Assembly: GCA_039815185.1 (NCBI GenBank)
Contig: JBCBZT010000096.1
Coordinates: forward strand, 1 to 15,196
Length of the DNA stretch: 15,196 nucleotides
Reading direction: 5' to 3'
Source: Cyanobacteria bacterium P01_A01_bin.123
GTDB lineage: Bacteria > Cyanobacteriota > Cyanobacteriia > Phormidesmidales > Phormidesmidaceae
Positions within the stretch are counted from its first letter, which is position 1, and every line of letters starts with the position of its first letter. The notes beneath the pieces are model-generated. The model saw only the letters and a program-made list of their open reading frames with translations. It had not been told where the DNA came from and ran no database searches. The position numbers and the translations under genes were made by a program. Shown piece by piece: positions 1-6,398 of this stretch.

Positions 1-234
1 CACCCGTCTCCTAGCGATTTCTGAAAATGATTTCCACAGGTCACGGGCAACAACGGTTTTTATATATGTATTGGAATAGCCTATTTCAGCCGCAATCTGA
101 TCATAGGTTTTGGGCCTAAACCCAGTAACCAACGCCTCCGACAGCACATGCATTTGCACGTCACTCAGCGCCTTGCCCGTATGAGTGGCAAACAATTGGT
201 TAGCGAATTCGAGTAGACGTTCAGAATCTGGCAT
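1..234 (-). CDS. 5' part (78 codons, runs off the left edge) of a protein with an N-terminal cyanobacterial HTH of the type found on NB-ARC/AAA/WD40 or sensor proteins
   Basis: Not in the ORF track. Manual translation from ATG at 234 is open to base 1: MPDSERLLEFANQLFATHTGKALSDVQMHVLSEALVTGFRPKTYDQIAAEIGYSNTYIKTVVARDLWKSFSEIARRRV. The pattern L(S)D.Q..(V)L......TY..IA...GYS..YIK......LW..(L/F)S is the HTH that commonly precedes such domains. An in-frame TGA at 244-246 bounds the start. Confidence 0.8.
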   Translation of the reverse strand, partial: MPDSERLLEFANQLFATHTGKALSDVQMHVLSEALVTGFRPKTYDQIAAEIGYSNTYIKTVVARDLWKSFSEIARRRV

Positions 235-404
235 CAAAAACGCTCAGGCAACAGGTCTGATGTTTATCATATGCTTGCATCATTTGCCGCGATGGCGCAA
301 CGCCACCCCTTAAAGAGAATCGCACCCTCTTTTGCACACCGCTATAGTTGCACAGTGGGTCTGCATACCCTCACGCTAAGCCAGAAGCCAGTCCTCGCCT
401 CAAT

Positions 405-449
405 GGGGACTGAAAATCCTCATGTCGGCCTTGCAAGCCCGCTTACTTG
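405..449 (+). pseudogene. Degenerate tRNA-Phe(GAA) fragment (anticodon arm to 3' acceptor strand)
   Basis: GGGGA-CTGAAAA-TCCTC forms an anticodon stem-loop with GAA. It is followed by ATGTCGGCCTTGCAAGCCCGCTTACTTG, which aligns without gaps to the recalled cyanobacterial tRNA-Phe 3' half (GTGTCGGCGGTTCAAGTCCGCCTCCTGG). The T-loop is mutated and no D-arm or 5' acceptor strand is present. Confidence 0.6.
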
Positions 450-560
450 AAGGGATAGGCGAAGGCGTTTCAATCGAGTCTTTCTCTGATGATGAGACCA
501 ATTGCGGCTTGGGCTTGTTGGGAAAGCTTGAGGGTTCAAAGTACCTGTCAGGGGGTATCG

Positions 561-1214
561 TTACTTCTGAACTTTTTTAAGGTAGACGTATTCACAGATA
601 ATACCTTCAAGGTTTGTGTCTCCGTTGATCTTCCAGTCTTCTACACAAGCTCCCGTTAAGACTGCCCCTTGAAAATTTGTACCTAGGGCTTGAATTATGG
701 TGAGACTGGCCTCGCTGAGGTCTGAATGACTCAGGTCTGCATAACTGAGGTCGGCAGCACTGAGGTTGGATTTGTGGAGGCGGGTATTGCGGAAATTGGC
801 CCCACTGCAGTTAGCCCCACTGAGATTTGAATGACTGAGTTTAGCGCCGCTGAGATCAGTGGCGCTGAGGTCAATCCCGTTGAGGTTAGATCCCCAAAGA
901 TAGGCATCTCTGAGATTAGCTTCCCTCAGATTGGCTCGGCTGAGGTTCGCGCCCTTGAGATTGGCATCGCTGAGGTTCGCACCCCTAAGGTTGGCATCAC
1001 TAAGATCAACGCCTCTAAGGTCGGCTCCCCAAAAGTTAGCACCGCTAAGGTCAGCTCGGCTGAGGTTCGCGCCCCAGAAATTAACGCCGCTGAGGTCAGC
1101 TTTCCTGAGGATGATATTCCTCAGATCAGGTTTCACACCAGCATTATCCTGAAGCCATTGGTTCCAAACCTTAACCCCTTCTTTCAGCTTAGCTACATGC
1201 GCTTCATTAGCCAC
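561..1214 (-). CDS. Pentapeptide repeat protein, probably C-terminally truncated
   Basis: Long run of A(D/N)LXX repeats after the typical N-terminus MAN..H...LK.GV..WNQW. It ends with the GACVEDW.IN..T.LEG..CEYVYL cap. GTG at 1214 is preceded by GAGG; GTG at 1220 is the alternative start. Confidence 0.9.
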   Translation of the reverse strand: MANEAHVAKLKEGVKVWNQWLQDNAGVKPDLRNIILRKADLSGVNFWGANLSRADLSGANFWGADLRGVDLSDANLRGANLSDANLKGANLSRANLREANLRDAYLWGSNLNGIDLSATDLSGAKLSHSNLSGANCSGANFRNTRLHKSNLSAADLSYADLSHSDLSEASLTIIQALGTNFQGAVLTGACVEDWKINGDTNLEGIICEYVYLKKVQK

Positions 1215-1487
1215 AGCCACCCTCAGTCACGCCGCGATCGCCTTTAATAATCCTCCCACTATCTCTACATACACCTTCTACCCGTGTATTTCCAAGCGCG
1301 ATCGCGCCAATTGCGCCAACCTCTAACGGATTGCAGCGGTTTTATCCATCTACGAGGCATTAAGGCCCATAGCATCCTTAAAGTTGCTGCCTACACTTGA
1401 ATTAAGTCATCGGAAACTGATGCTAGCCTATCACTCCCATGAAGCCCCCAACATTATCCCAGACCGACGACTAGATTAGCCGCTTGC

Positions 1488-1718
1488 TCAGTCTTCTTCC
1501 CAACGTTCTTGGCCGAGCAGATCAATAATGCGATCGCGCAGCAAAAATTCGTTTTCCGCTAAATCGATTTCAATGCACACCCACTCACGCTCAGGAATGT
1601 AGCGGCACAAGGTATAGATCGGCTGTTGGCGATCGACAACCCCTTGATACACCAACTCCCGAGCTTCATCGCGGAGCATCTCAAGGGTATAGATCTTTTT
1701 TTGAAGTGTGGTAACCAT
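1488..1718 (-). CDS. DUF4327 family protein (small cyanobacterial protein)
   Basis: YTLEMLRDEARELV..G.V.RQQPIYTLC.YIP.REW...E..L....FLLRDRI.DL...E.WEED matches the recalled DUF4327 pattern. ATG at 1718 is preferred over TTG at 1730. Confidence 0.85.
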   Translation of the reverse strand: MVTTLQKKIYTLEMLRDEARELVYQGVVDRQQPIYTLCRYIPEREWVCIEIDLAENEFLLRDRIIDLLGQERWEED

Positions 1719-1768
1719 AACTCGATCCAAACAACAGTAGAGAAGGAAACATCTCCCTCCTTCTCCTT

Positions 1769-1803
1769 AAGATAGAGGTCAGCAGTAAGGAAGTTGTGAG
1801 GAA
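1769..1803 (-). promoter_or_regulatory. Putative promoter of the DUF4327 gene: direct-repeat box, N10, -10 element
   Basis: Minus strand reads TTCCTCAC-AAC-TTCCTTAC-TGCTGACCTC-TATCTT. Confidence 0.65.
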
Positions 1804-1806
1804 ATC

Positions 1807-1820
1807 GTATCTGGTTATAC
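1807..1820. promoter_or_regulatory. NtcA-box-like palindrome
   Basis: GTATCTGGTTATAC is an exact GTA-N8-TAC (GTAT-N6-ATAC). It is intergenic and lies upstream of DUF4327. Confidence 0.45.
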
Positions 1821-1913
1821 CATTCAGTCTCAGATCCGACATTGATAGCGCTGGCCAGATTGCTTAATGCACCGAGTATCGCTGGGAGACTCAGTACAAA
1901 AGCAATCTGGCTC

Positions 1914-1944
1914 GCCGTAGTCACAAAGCTTTGTACGCTACGGC
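1914..1944. repeat. Imperfect 31-bp inverted repeat downstream of the MDR oxidoreductase gene
   Basis: GCCGTAG-TC-ACAAAG/CTTTGT-ACG-CTACGGC: perfect 12-bp palindromic core with 7-bp outer arms. Confidence 0.6.
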
Positions 1945-2035
1945 TATACTTCACGGCTCTTTCACCGCGCTAGCCAACGCTTCTAATTCTCGGTCACAGA
2001 CAGATTCATAGTTTTCTACCCCAAAACTCAAGGGT

Positions 2036-3100
2036 TCAAAGCAGATGGGGTTTAGATAAGACAGCCTGGGTTTCAGTCTCAATAGCAGGGTTAGGTACCA
2101 TCAGCACAATCTTGCCCCGCACCCCACCTTGCTCAATCAGCTCATGGGCACGCCTGACCTCAGCCAGCGGCATCCGCGCTGCAATGACTGGCTTGATTTT
2201 GCCCTGTGCCAGCAAATTAAATAGCTGGGTCAAGTCCTCAGAGAACCAATCTGGATGCTGCTGACGCCATGCGCCAATTGAGTAAAACGTTGTCGAACGC
2301 CTATTTGGCAGACTATCCCAAAGTTTAAGCCGCAGGAAATCAAGGGGGATGCTGCCACCTTTGCCCAACACCGCATTTTGGAAACCATAGGCCACTAATA
2401 TCCCACCAGATTTAAGCAGCCTGAACGAGCGCTGTAAGCTGTCTCCACCCAGCGGATCAAAAACAGCGTCAACGCCTCTGCCTGTCAGGAGACGTAAATG
2501 CTCAACAAAGTCCTCCCTGCGATAGTCAATCGGCGTTGCGCCCAAGCTGGAAATCAGCTGATGTTTGGCCTGAGCATCTGTACCGAACATTTCCAAACCC
2601 AGCAATTTGCCTAGCTGCAGCATCGCCGTTCCAACTGCGCCACCCGCCCCGTGAATCAAGATGCGCTGGCCTGGCTTAACTTTAGCCACCCGATGCAGCA
2701 TCTGATAAGACGTCATGTAAGACAGAATCAGGCTGACTGCCTCTGCTGGATCGAGCTCGTCTGGGACAGGCGTCAAATGGGTTTCGGGTAGGCAGATATA
2801 TTCAGAATATGAACCAATTACAGTCAGGTCTGCAACTCGCTGTCCGACCTTAAATCGGATTGAACCCTGCCCCAGCTTATCCACCACACCAATCATGTCG
2901 TAGCCCAGCGAAAAGGGGGGTTTCGCCTTCACACCGGGATATTTGCCCTTACGAATCATCACATCGGTGAAAGCGGCGCTGGTCGCCAAAACTTTGACAC
3001 GTACTGCACCAACCTCAGGTTCTGGCAAGGTTGCTTCTTCGATCAACTGGAGTACCTCTGGGCCTCCGAATTTTGTTATCGCGATGCGTGTATAGCTCAT
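2036..3100 (-). CDS. Medium-chain dehydrogenase/reductase (quinone oxidoreductase-like, NAD(P)H-dependent)
   Basis: FGGPEVL N-terminus, PFSLGYD (the GxE/D motif), Rossmann motif LIHGAGGAVG and C-terminal GKIVL. The Cys-rich zinc-ADH loop is absent. Confidence 0.92.
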   Translation of the reverse strand: MSYTRIAITKFGGPEVLQLIEEATLPEPEVGAVRVKVLATSAAFTDVMIRKGKYPGVKAKPPFSLGYDMIGVVDKLGQGSIRFKVGQRVADLTVIGSYSEYICLPETHLTPVPDELDPAEAVSLILSYMTSYQMLHRVAKVKPGQRILIHGAGGAVGTAMLQLGKLLGLEMFGTDAQAKHQLISSLGATPIDYRREDFVEHLRLLTGRGVDAVFDPLGGDSLQRSFRLLKSGGILVAYGFQNAVLGKGGSIPLDFLRLKLWDSLPNRRSTTFYSIGAWRQQHPDWFSEDLTQLFNLLAQGKIKPVIAARMPLAEVRRAHELIEQGGVRGKIVLMVPNPAIETETQAVLSKPHLL

Positions 3101-3215
3101 AGTCTTGTCCTTGCATTGAGAGGATGACTTTTCCCTGGGCAGTGCTTGGAACTGTTGGATAGGGTGAATTATGGAGAGCTTTTTGGTTTAGTTTTTGTTG
3201 CTGTTTACACACTTA

Positions 3216-3250
3216 AATATAGGCAGAGAACATGGGGAAAATATGAGCCC
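3216..3250 (-). promoter_or_regulatory. Putative promoter of the MDR gene: direct-repeat box, N10, -10 element
   Basis: Minus strand reads GGGCTCAT-ATT-TTCCCCAT-GTTCTCTGCC-TATATT. Confidence 0.6.
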
Positions 3251-3281
3251 TTGGAAAAAGATGGGAGAAAAACCGCTTTAA

Positions 3282-3316
3282 ATTGACATAAGTTCCTCAT
3301 GTTTGCGACTTAGGCT
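3282..3316 (+). promoter_or_regulatory. Putative promoter of the FAD oxidoreductase gene: direct-repeat box, N10, -10 element
   Basis: ATTGACAT-AAG-TTCCTCAT-GTTTGCGACT-TAGGCT, about 50 nt upstream of the ATG. Confidence 0.6.
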
Positions 3317-3369
3317 GGGGTTGAAGCTGGTTTCGATTGAGGTTTGATGCAAGCAAACAGGAGTTGATG

Positions 3370-4947
3370 ATGGAAAACTTCGATTATGTCGTTTTAGGTG
3401 CAGGGTTGGGTGGGTTATCGGCTGCAGCTTGCCTCACCCGTCAAGGTAATCGAGTCGCCGTTTTAGAGCAGCATTATTTACCGGGTGGATGTTGTCACAC
3501 ATTTGATTACGGAGATTATTCTTTCTGTGCAGATGTTCATTACATTTACCAATGTGGCAAGGGTCAGGTTGTCGATCAGTTCCTCAACTTTATTGAAAGA
3601 GATGTTCCGTTTAATTCCCTCGATCCAGATTGTATTGATCGCGTGATCACACCTGACGTAGATTTTCGAATTCCTCTAGGTTGGGAAACCTTTCGCGATC
3701 GCCTTTTGGCCACTTTTTCTGATGAAGCAGACGCGATTAATCGCTACTGTGACGAGATCAAGCATTTACACCAAGCCATGGTAGACCTCGGTGAAGAAGT
3801 ACATTGGTACGACACAAAATGGTCTGATTGGCTAAAGTTGCCCAAATATTGGCATCTATTTTCAAACCGGATGCGGACGCTTCAGAGTCTTTACGATCAG
3901 GTCGGATTGTCTGCCAAACTGCAAGATTTGTTAGCCGGACAAAGTGGTGATTATGCACTACCACCCAAAGATATCGCCCTGATGACCCATAGTAGTTTAG
4001 TGTCAGACTATGCCGAAGGAGCCTACTATCCCAAGCATCACTTCAAGCATTTGGTAGACACTGTCGTTGAAGCGATTACAGCCGGTGGCGGTCTGGTTCA
4101 GCTATCTAGCCCTGTAGAGCATATTGAAGTTCGTAATCGTTCGGTTCAATTTGTGATTGCCGGAGGCATCACTTATGAAGCTAAAAAGGCCTACATCAGC
4201 GATTTAGACCCGAAGCTAACTGTAACACTGATGCATCAGAATCACGCTTTAAGCTCTCAAGAAAAACACCGCTTAACTGATTACGAATACTCAATGAGCG
4301 CTTTCAATATTTATCTCGGTCTAGATCGCCAATTTGACCCAACCCACTATGACATCGGCAATTGGAATATCTGGTACTATCCAATGGGAAATCTCAATCA
4401 GGCTTATCAACAACAGCTAGAAGGCAACTTAAATCACCCCTGGGTTTTCTTATCTTGTCCTACCTTAAAGTCTACGGAGCCGGGGATGGCACCAGCGGGA
4501 CACCATGTCCTTGAGATTGCCACAGTTTGTCCCTATCAACCCTTTAAACAGCTCTATCAAAGCGATCGCCAGGCTTACAAGACGAAAAAGCGTAACGTAT
4601 ATCAATCGGTCATGAAAAGTGTTCGAGACTTGATTCCCGATATCGATTCCTATATCCGCATGAAACTCTATGGAACACCCACCACCAGTGAGTATTACTT
4701 GGGGCAACCGGAAGGCAATATTTACGGTGCTAATTTGATTCCAAGTCAGGTAGGACTGAGGCGAATTGGCTATCGCACAGAGCTGCCGAATCTCTTTTTG
4801 GTGGGTGCGAGTGCAGGTTATCCAAGTGTGCCTGGGGTGATTAGTAATGGCATGGCTGTCGTGGCGTTAATGACAGGTCAATCGGTATACAAACAGGATA
4901 TCCAGCTCAGTCGAAAGGTTCTAGCTGAGCCAGGCGTTGGCAGTTAG
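3370..4947 (+). CDS. Phytoene desaturase / carotenoid isomerase / retinol-saturase-like FAD-dependent oxidoreductase
   Basis: N-terminal VVLGAGLGGL..A..L...G..VAVLEQH..PGG FAD-binding motif, SMSAFNIYLG, GTPTT...Y.....GNIYG and NLFLVGAS...P.V.GV at the C-terminus. AGGAG at 3359-3363 supports ATG at 3367 or 3370. The substrate cannot be assigned. Confidence 0.88.
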   Translation: MENFDYVVLGAGLGGLSAAACLTRQGNRVAVLEQHYLPGGCCHTFDYGDYSFCADVHYIYQCGKGQVVDQFLNFIERDVPFNSLDPDCIDRVITPDVDFRIPLGWETFRDRLLATFSDEADAINRYCDEIKHLHQAMVDLGEEVHWYDTKWSDWLKLPKYWHLFSNRMRTLQSLYDQVGLSAKLQDLLAGQSGDYALPPKDIALMTHSSLVSDYAEGAYYPKHHFKHLVDTVVEAITAGGGLVQLSSPVEHIEVRNRSVQFVIAGGITYEAKKAYISDLDPKLTVTLMHQNHALSSQEKHRLTDYEYSMSAFNIYLGLDRQFDPTHYDIGNWNIWYYPMGNLNQAYQQQLEGNLNHPWVFLSCPTLKSTEPGMAPAGHHVLEIATVCPYQPFKQLYQSDRQAYKTKKRNVYQSVMKSVRDLIPDIDSYIRMKLYGTPTTSEYYLGQPEGNIYGANLIPSQVGLRRIGYRTELPNLFLVGASAGYPSVPGVISNGMAVVALMTGQSVYKQDIQLSRKVLAEPGVGS

Positions 4948-5047
4948 GAATCTAACAGAACTGCCCATATCACTGATTTCAGGCAGAACCTTGGCTCATC
5001 AACGATGGTCGTCGATAGGTTGTGAACACTGCTCAATAGCTCTCAGG

Positions 5048-5078
5048 GCGCGATCGCAGCCTTGTCAAGCGATCGCAC
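5048..5078 (-). terminator. Hairpin formed by two HIP1 sites between convergent genes
   Basis: GCGATCGC at 5050-5057 and 5069-5076 with an 11-nt spacer, immediately after the CBS-CP12 stop codon. There is no U-tract, so terminator function is uncertain. Confidence 0.35.
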
Positions 5079-5080
5079 AT

Positions 5081-5614
5081 CTACGCAGGGGCAGGATAGC
5101 CCAAACGCATCTCTTCAAACACTTGCCAGGCGATGTCGCATTCCTGCTGCATCTGCGCGTCTTCATCATCAATAATGTGGGCATGTTGTAATGCCTCTTG
5201 GATGCGTTGGTAAAGCTCATCTTGTGGTGGCGTCACGAGGCTACCCTTGGTCAAAATGTCGGTGATGGAGACAATGCCCAAGAGCTGATTTTGCTCAATC
5301 ACCGGGGCTCGGTGTATCCCAGCATCCGTAAGGATTTGTGCTGCTTCCTGCACTGTGGCGCTAACAGGCACCCGAATACAGGGTTGACGCATAATGCGGC
5401 TAATGCGGACAAGCGCAGGGTTTGCCCCATGGGCAATGACCTTAGACACAATGTCTCGCTCGGTGACAATGCCGTAGGTGTCATTATCGTGGGACTTTTC
5501 AACAATCAGCGATCGCACTCGTTTAGCCCGCATCAGCCAAATCGCATGTTCAACGGTGGCCGAACCGCGAATCACGACTACGGGTCTAGACATAATTTCT
5601 CTGACGGTTAGCAT
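5081..5614 (-). CDS. CBS-domain pair fused to a truncated, degenerate CP12 domain
   Basis: Two CBS motifs (TVREIMSRPVVVI...GIVTERDIV and IMRQP...LLGIVSITDIL), then ELYQRIQEALQHAHII...QQECDIAWQVFEEM, which resembles the CP12 N-half (I..A...AR..C.......C..AWD.VEEL). GGAGG at 5621-5625 supports ATG at 5614. Confidence 0.85.
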   Translation of the reverse strand: MLTVREIMSRPVVVIRGSATVEHAIWLMRAKRVRSLIVEKSHDNDTYGIVTERDIVSKVIAHGANPALVRISRIMRQPCIRVPVSATVQEAAQILTDAGIHRAPVIEQNQLLGIVSITDILTKGSLVTPPQDELYQRIQEALQHAHIIDDEDAQMQQECDIAWQVFEEMRLGYPAPA

Positions 5615-5673
5615 AATCAACCTCCCTGGCAAGTAAAACCATTGGCAACAATTTGATCGGGTCACCACCCCAA

Positions 5674-6141
5674 TCAAGAGACTTTAACCTTAATAACTTT
5701 TCCCTTTTCTTCCTCAGATTTAGGTAGCGTCAGATTCAAGATGCCATCTTTGTATTCAGCGGTTACACCGTCTTGCCTAATTCGATGCGGCAATGGAATG
5801 AATCGTTCAAATTTGCCGTAATAGAATTCAGAGCGTAACGTATTCTCTTCTTCTGACTGAGTCTTAGACTGGCGTTCGCCAGTAATAGCCACTGCACCAT
5901 CGGTCACTTCAATATCCAAATCCTCCGCGCTCATACCGGGGACTTCTAGCTTTAGATAGATTTCAGTATCCGTTTCATTAATTTCTGCTGACGGCACAAA
6001 CGCTAGCCCACTTGTTTCCCGACCCAAGCCTGTATTAAACCGTTCAAATAGGGTGTCCATTTCCTTTCTAAGCGTATCAATGTCACCAAACGGCTCCCAG
6101 TGCTTAAGGTCATGAAAAGGTCGCCAATGCACAATCGCCAT
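5674..6141 (-). CDS. Small heat-shock protein, Hsp20/alpha-crystallin family
   Basis: WEPF..IDTLRKEM..LF N-terminus, FVPSAEI.ET, RSEFYYGKFER.IPLP, AEYKDGIL.LTLPK and the C-terminal I-x-V motif. GGAGG at 6150-6154 supports ATG at 6141. Confidence 0.95.
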   Translation of the reverse strand: MAIVHWRPFHDLKHWEPFGDIDTLRKEMDTLFERFNTGLGRETSGLAFVPSAEINETDTEIYLKLEVPGMSAEDLDIEVTDGAVAITGERQSKTQSEEENTLRSEFYYGKFERFIPLPHRIRQDGVTAEYKDGILNLTLPKSEEEKGKVIKVKVS

Positions 6142-6311
6142 GGGGTTTACCTCCAGATAGCTGAAAATAATGATGTTTACCGTTCTTGAAACAGCACTTT
6201 GGGATACACACCACATTCGATCTAAAAACTTGAGGTTTTAGCTTCAAGAAAAGCCATGAATCCGAATGTGGAGGAGGTTAAGTCCCAAGCTGATCAAGAC
6301 CGTCTACTGTG

Positions 6312-6346
6312 AGGCTACGACAACAATTTGGTGAACTTATGAGGAT
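6312..6346 (-). promoter_or_regulatory. Putative promoter of hsp20 / CBS-CP12: direct-repeat box, N10, -10 element
   Basis: Minus strand reads ATCCTCAT-AAG-TTCACCAA-ATTGTTGTCG-TAGCCT. Confidence 0.6.
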
Positions 6347-6398
6347 AAGGTTGAGAGGCAGCTAATTTTTGCGGTGGGTATCTCGAAGAACTGATGAC

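Noticed and set aside
320..368. Repeated TGCAC/GCAC words upstream of the HTH gene
   Set aside because: Short with irregular spacing (about 12, 16 and 13 nt); not distinguishable from chance.
405..449. Functional tRNA-Phe gene
   Set aside because: No D-arm or 5' acceptor strand and the TTC T-loop is destroyed; kept only as a remnant.
831..1247. Repetitive plus-strand ORFs 831..1247 and 931..1152
   Set aside because: They are antisense shadows of the 15-bp-periodic pentapeptide gene; the periodicity is coding, not a CRISPR or DNA repeat array.
1559..1954. 131-aa minus-strand ORF
   Set aside because: It overlaps DUF4327 out of frame, runs through its promoter elements and has no recognisable motif.
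3283..3288. Perfect TTGACA as a sigma70 -35 element
   Set aside because: It is 22 nt from the TAGGCT -10, too far for a canonical promoter; it is better explained as the first half-site of the shared box.
4937..5611. ORFs 4937..5191, 5198..5611 and 5299..5505
   Set aside because: They overlap the well-supported CBS-CP12 gene and show no family features.
5615..5677. N-terminal extensions given in the ORF track (CBS-CP12 from 5677; also hsp20 from 6216 and USPs from 12451 and 13097)
   Set aside because: Strong SD sequences and family-typical N-termini point to the downstream ATGs.
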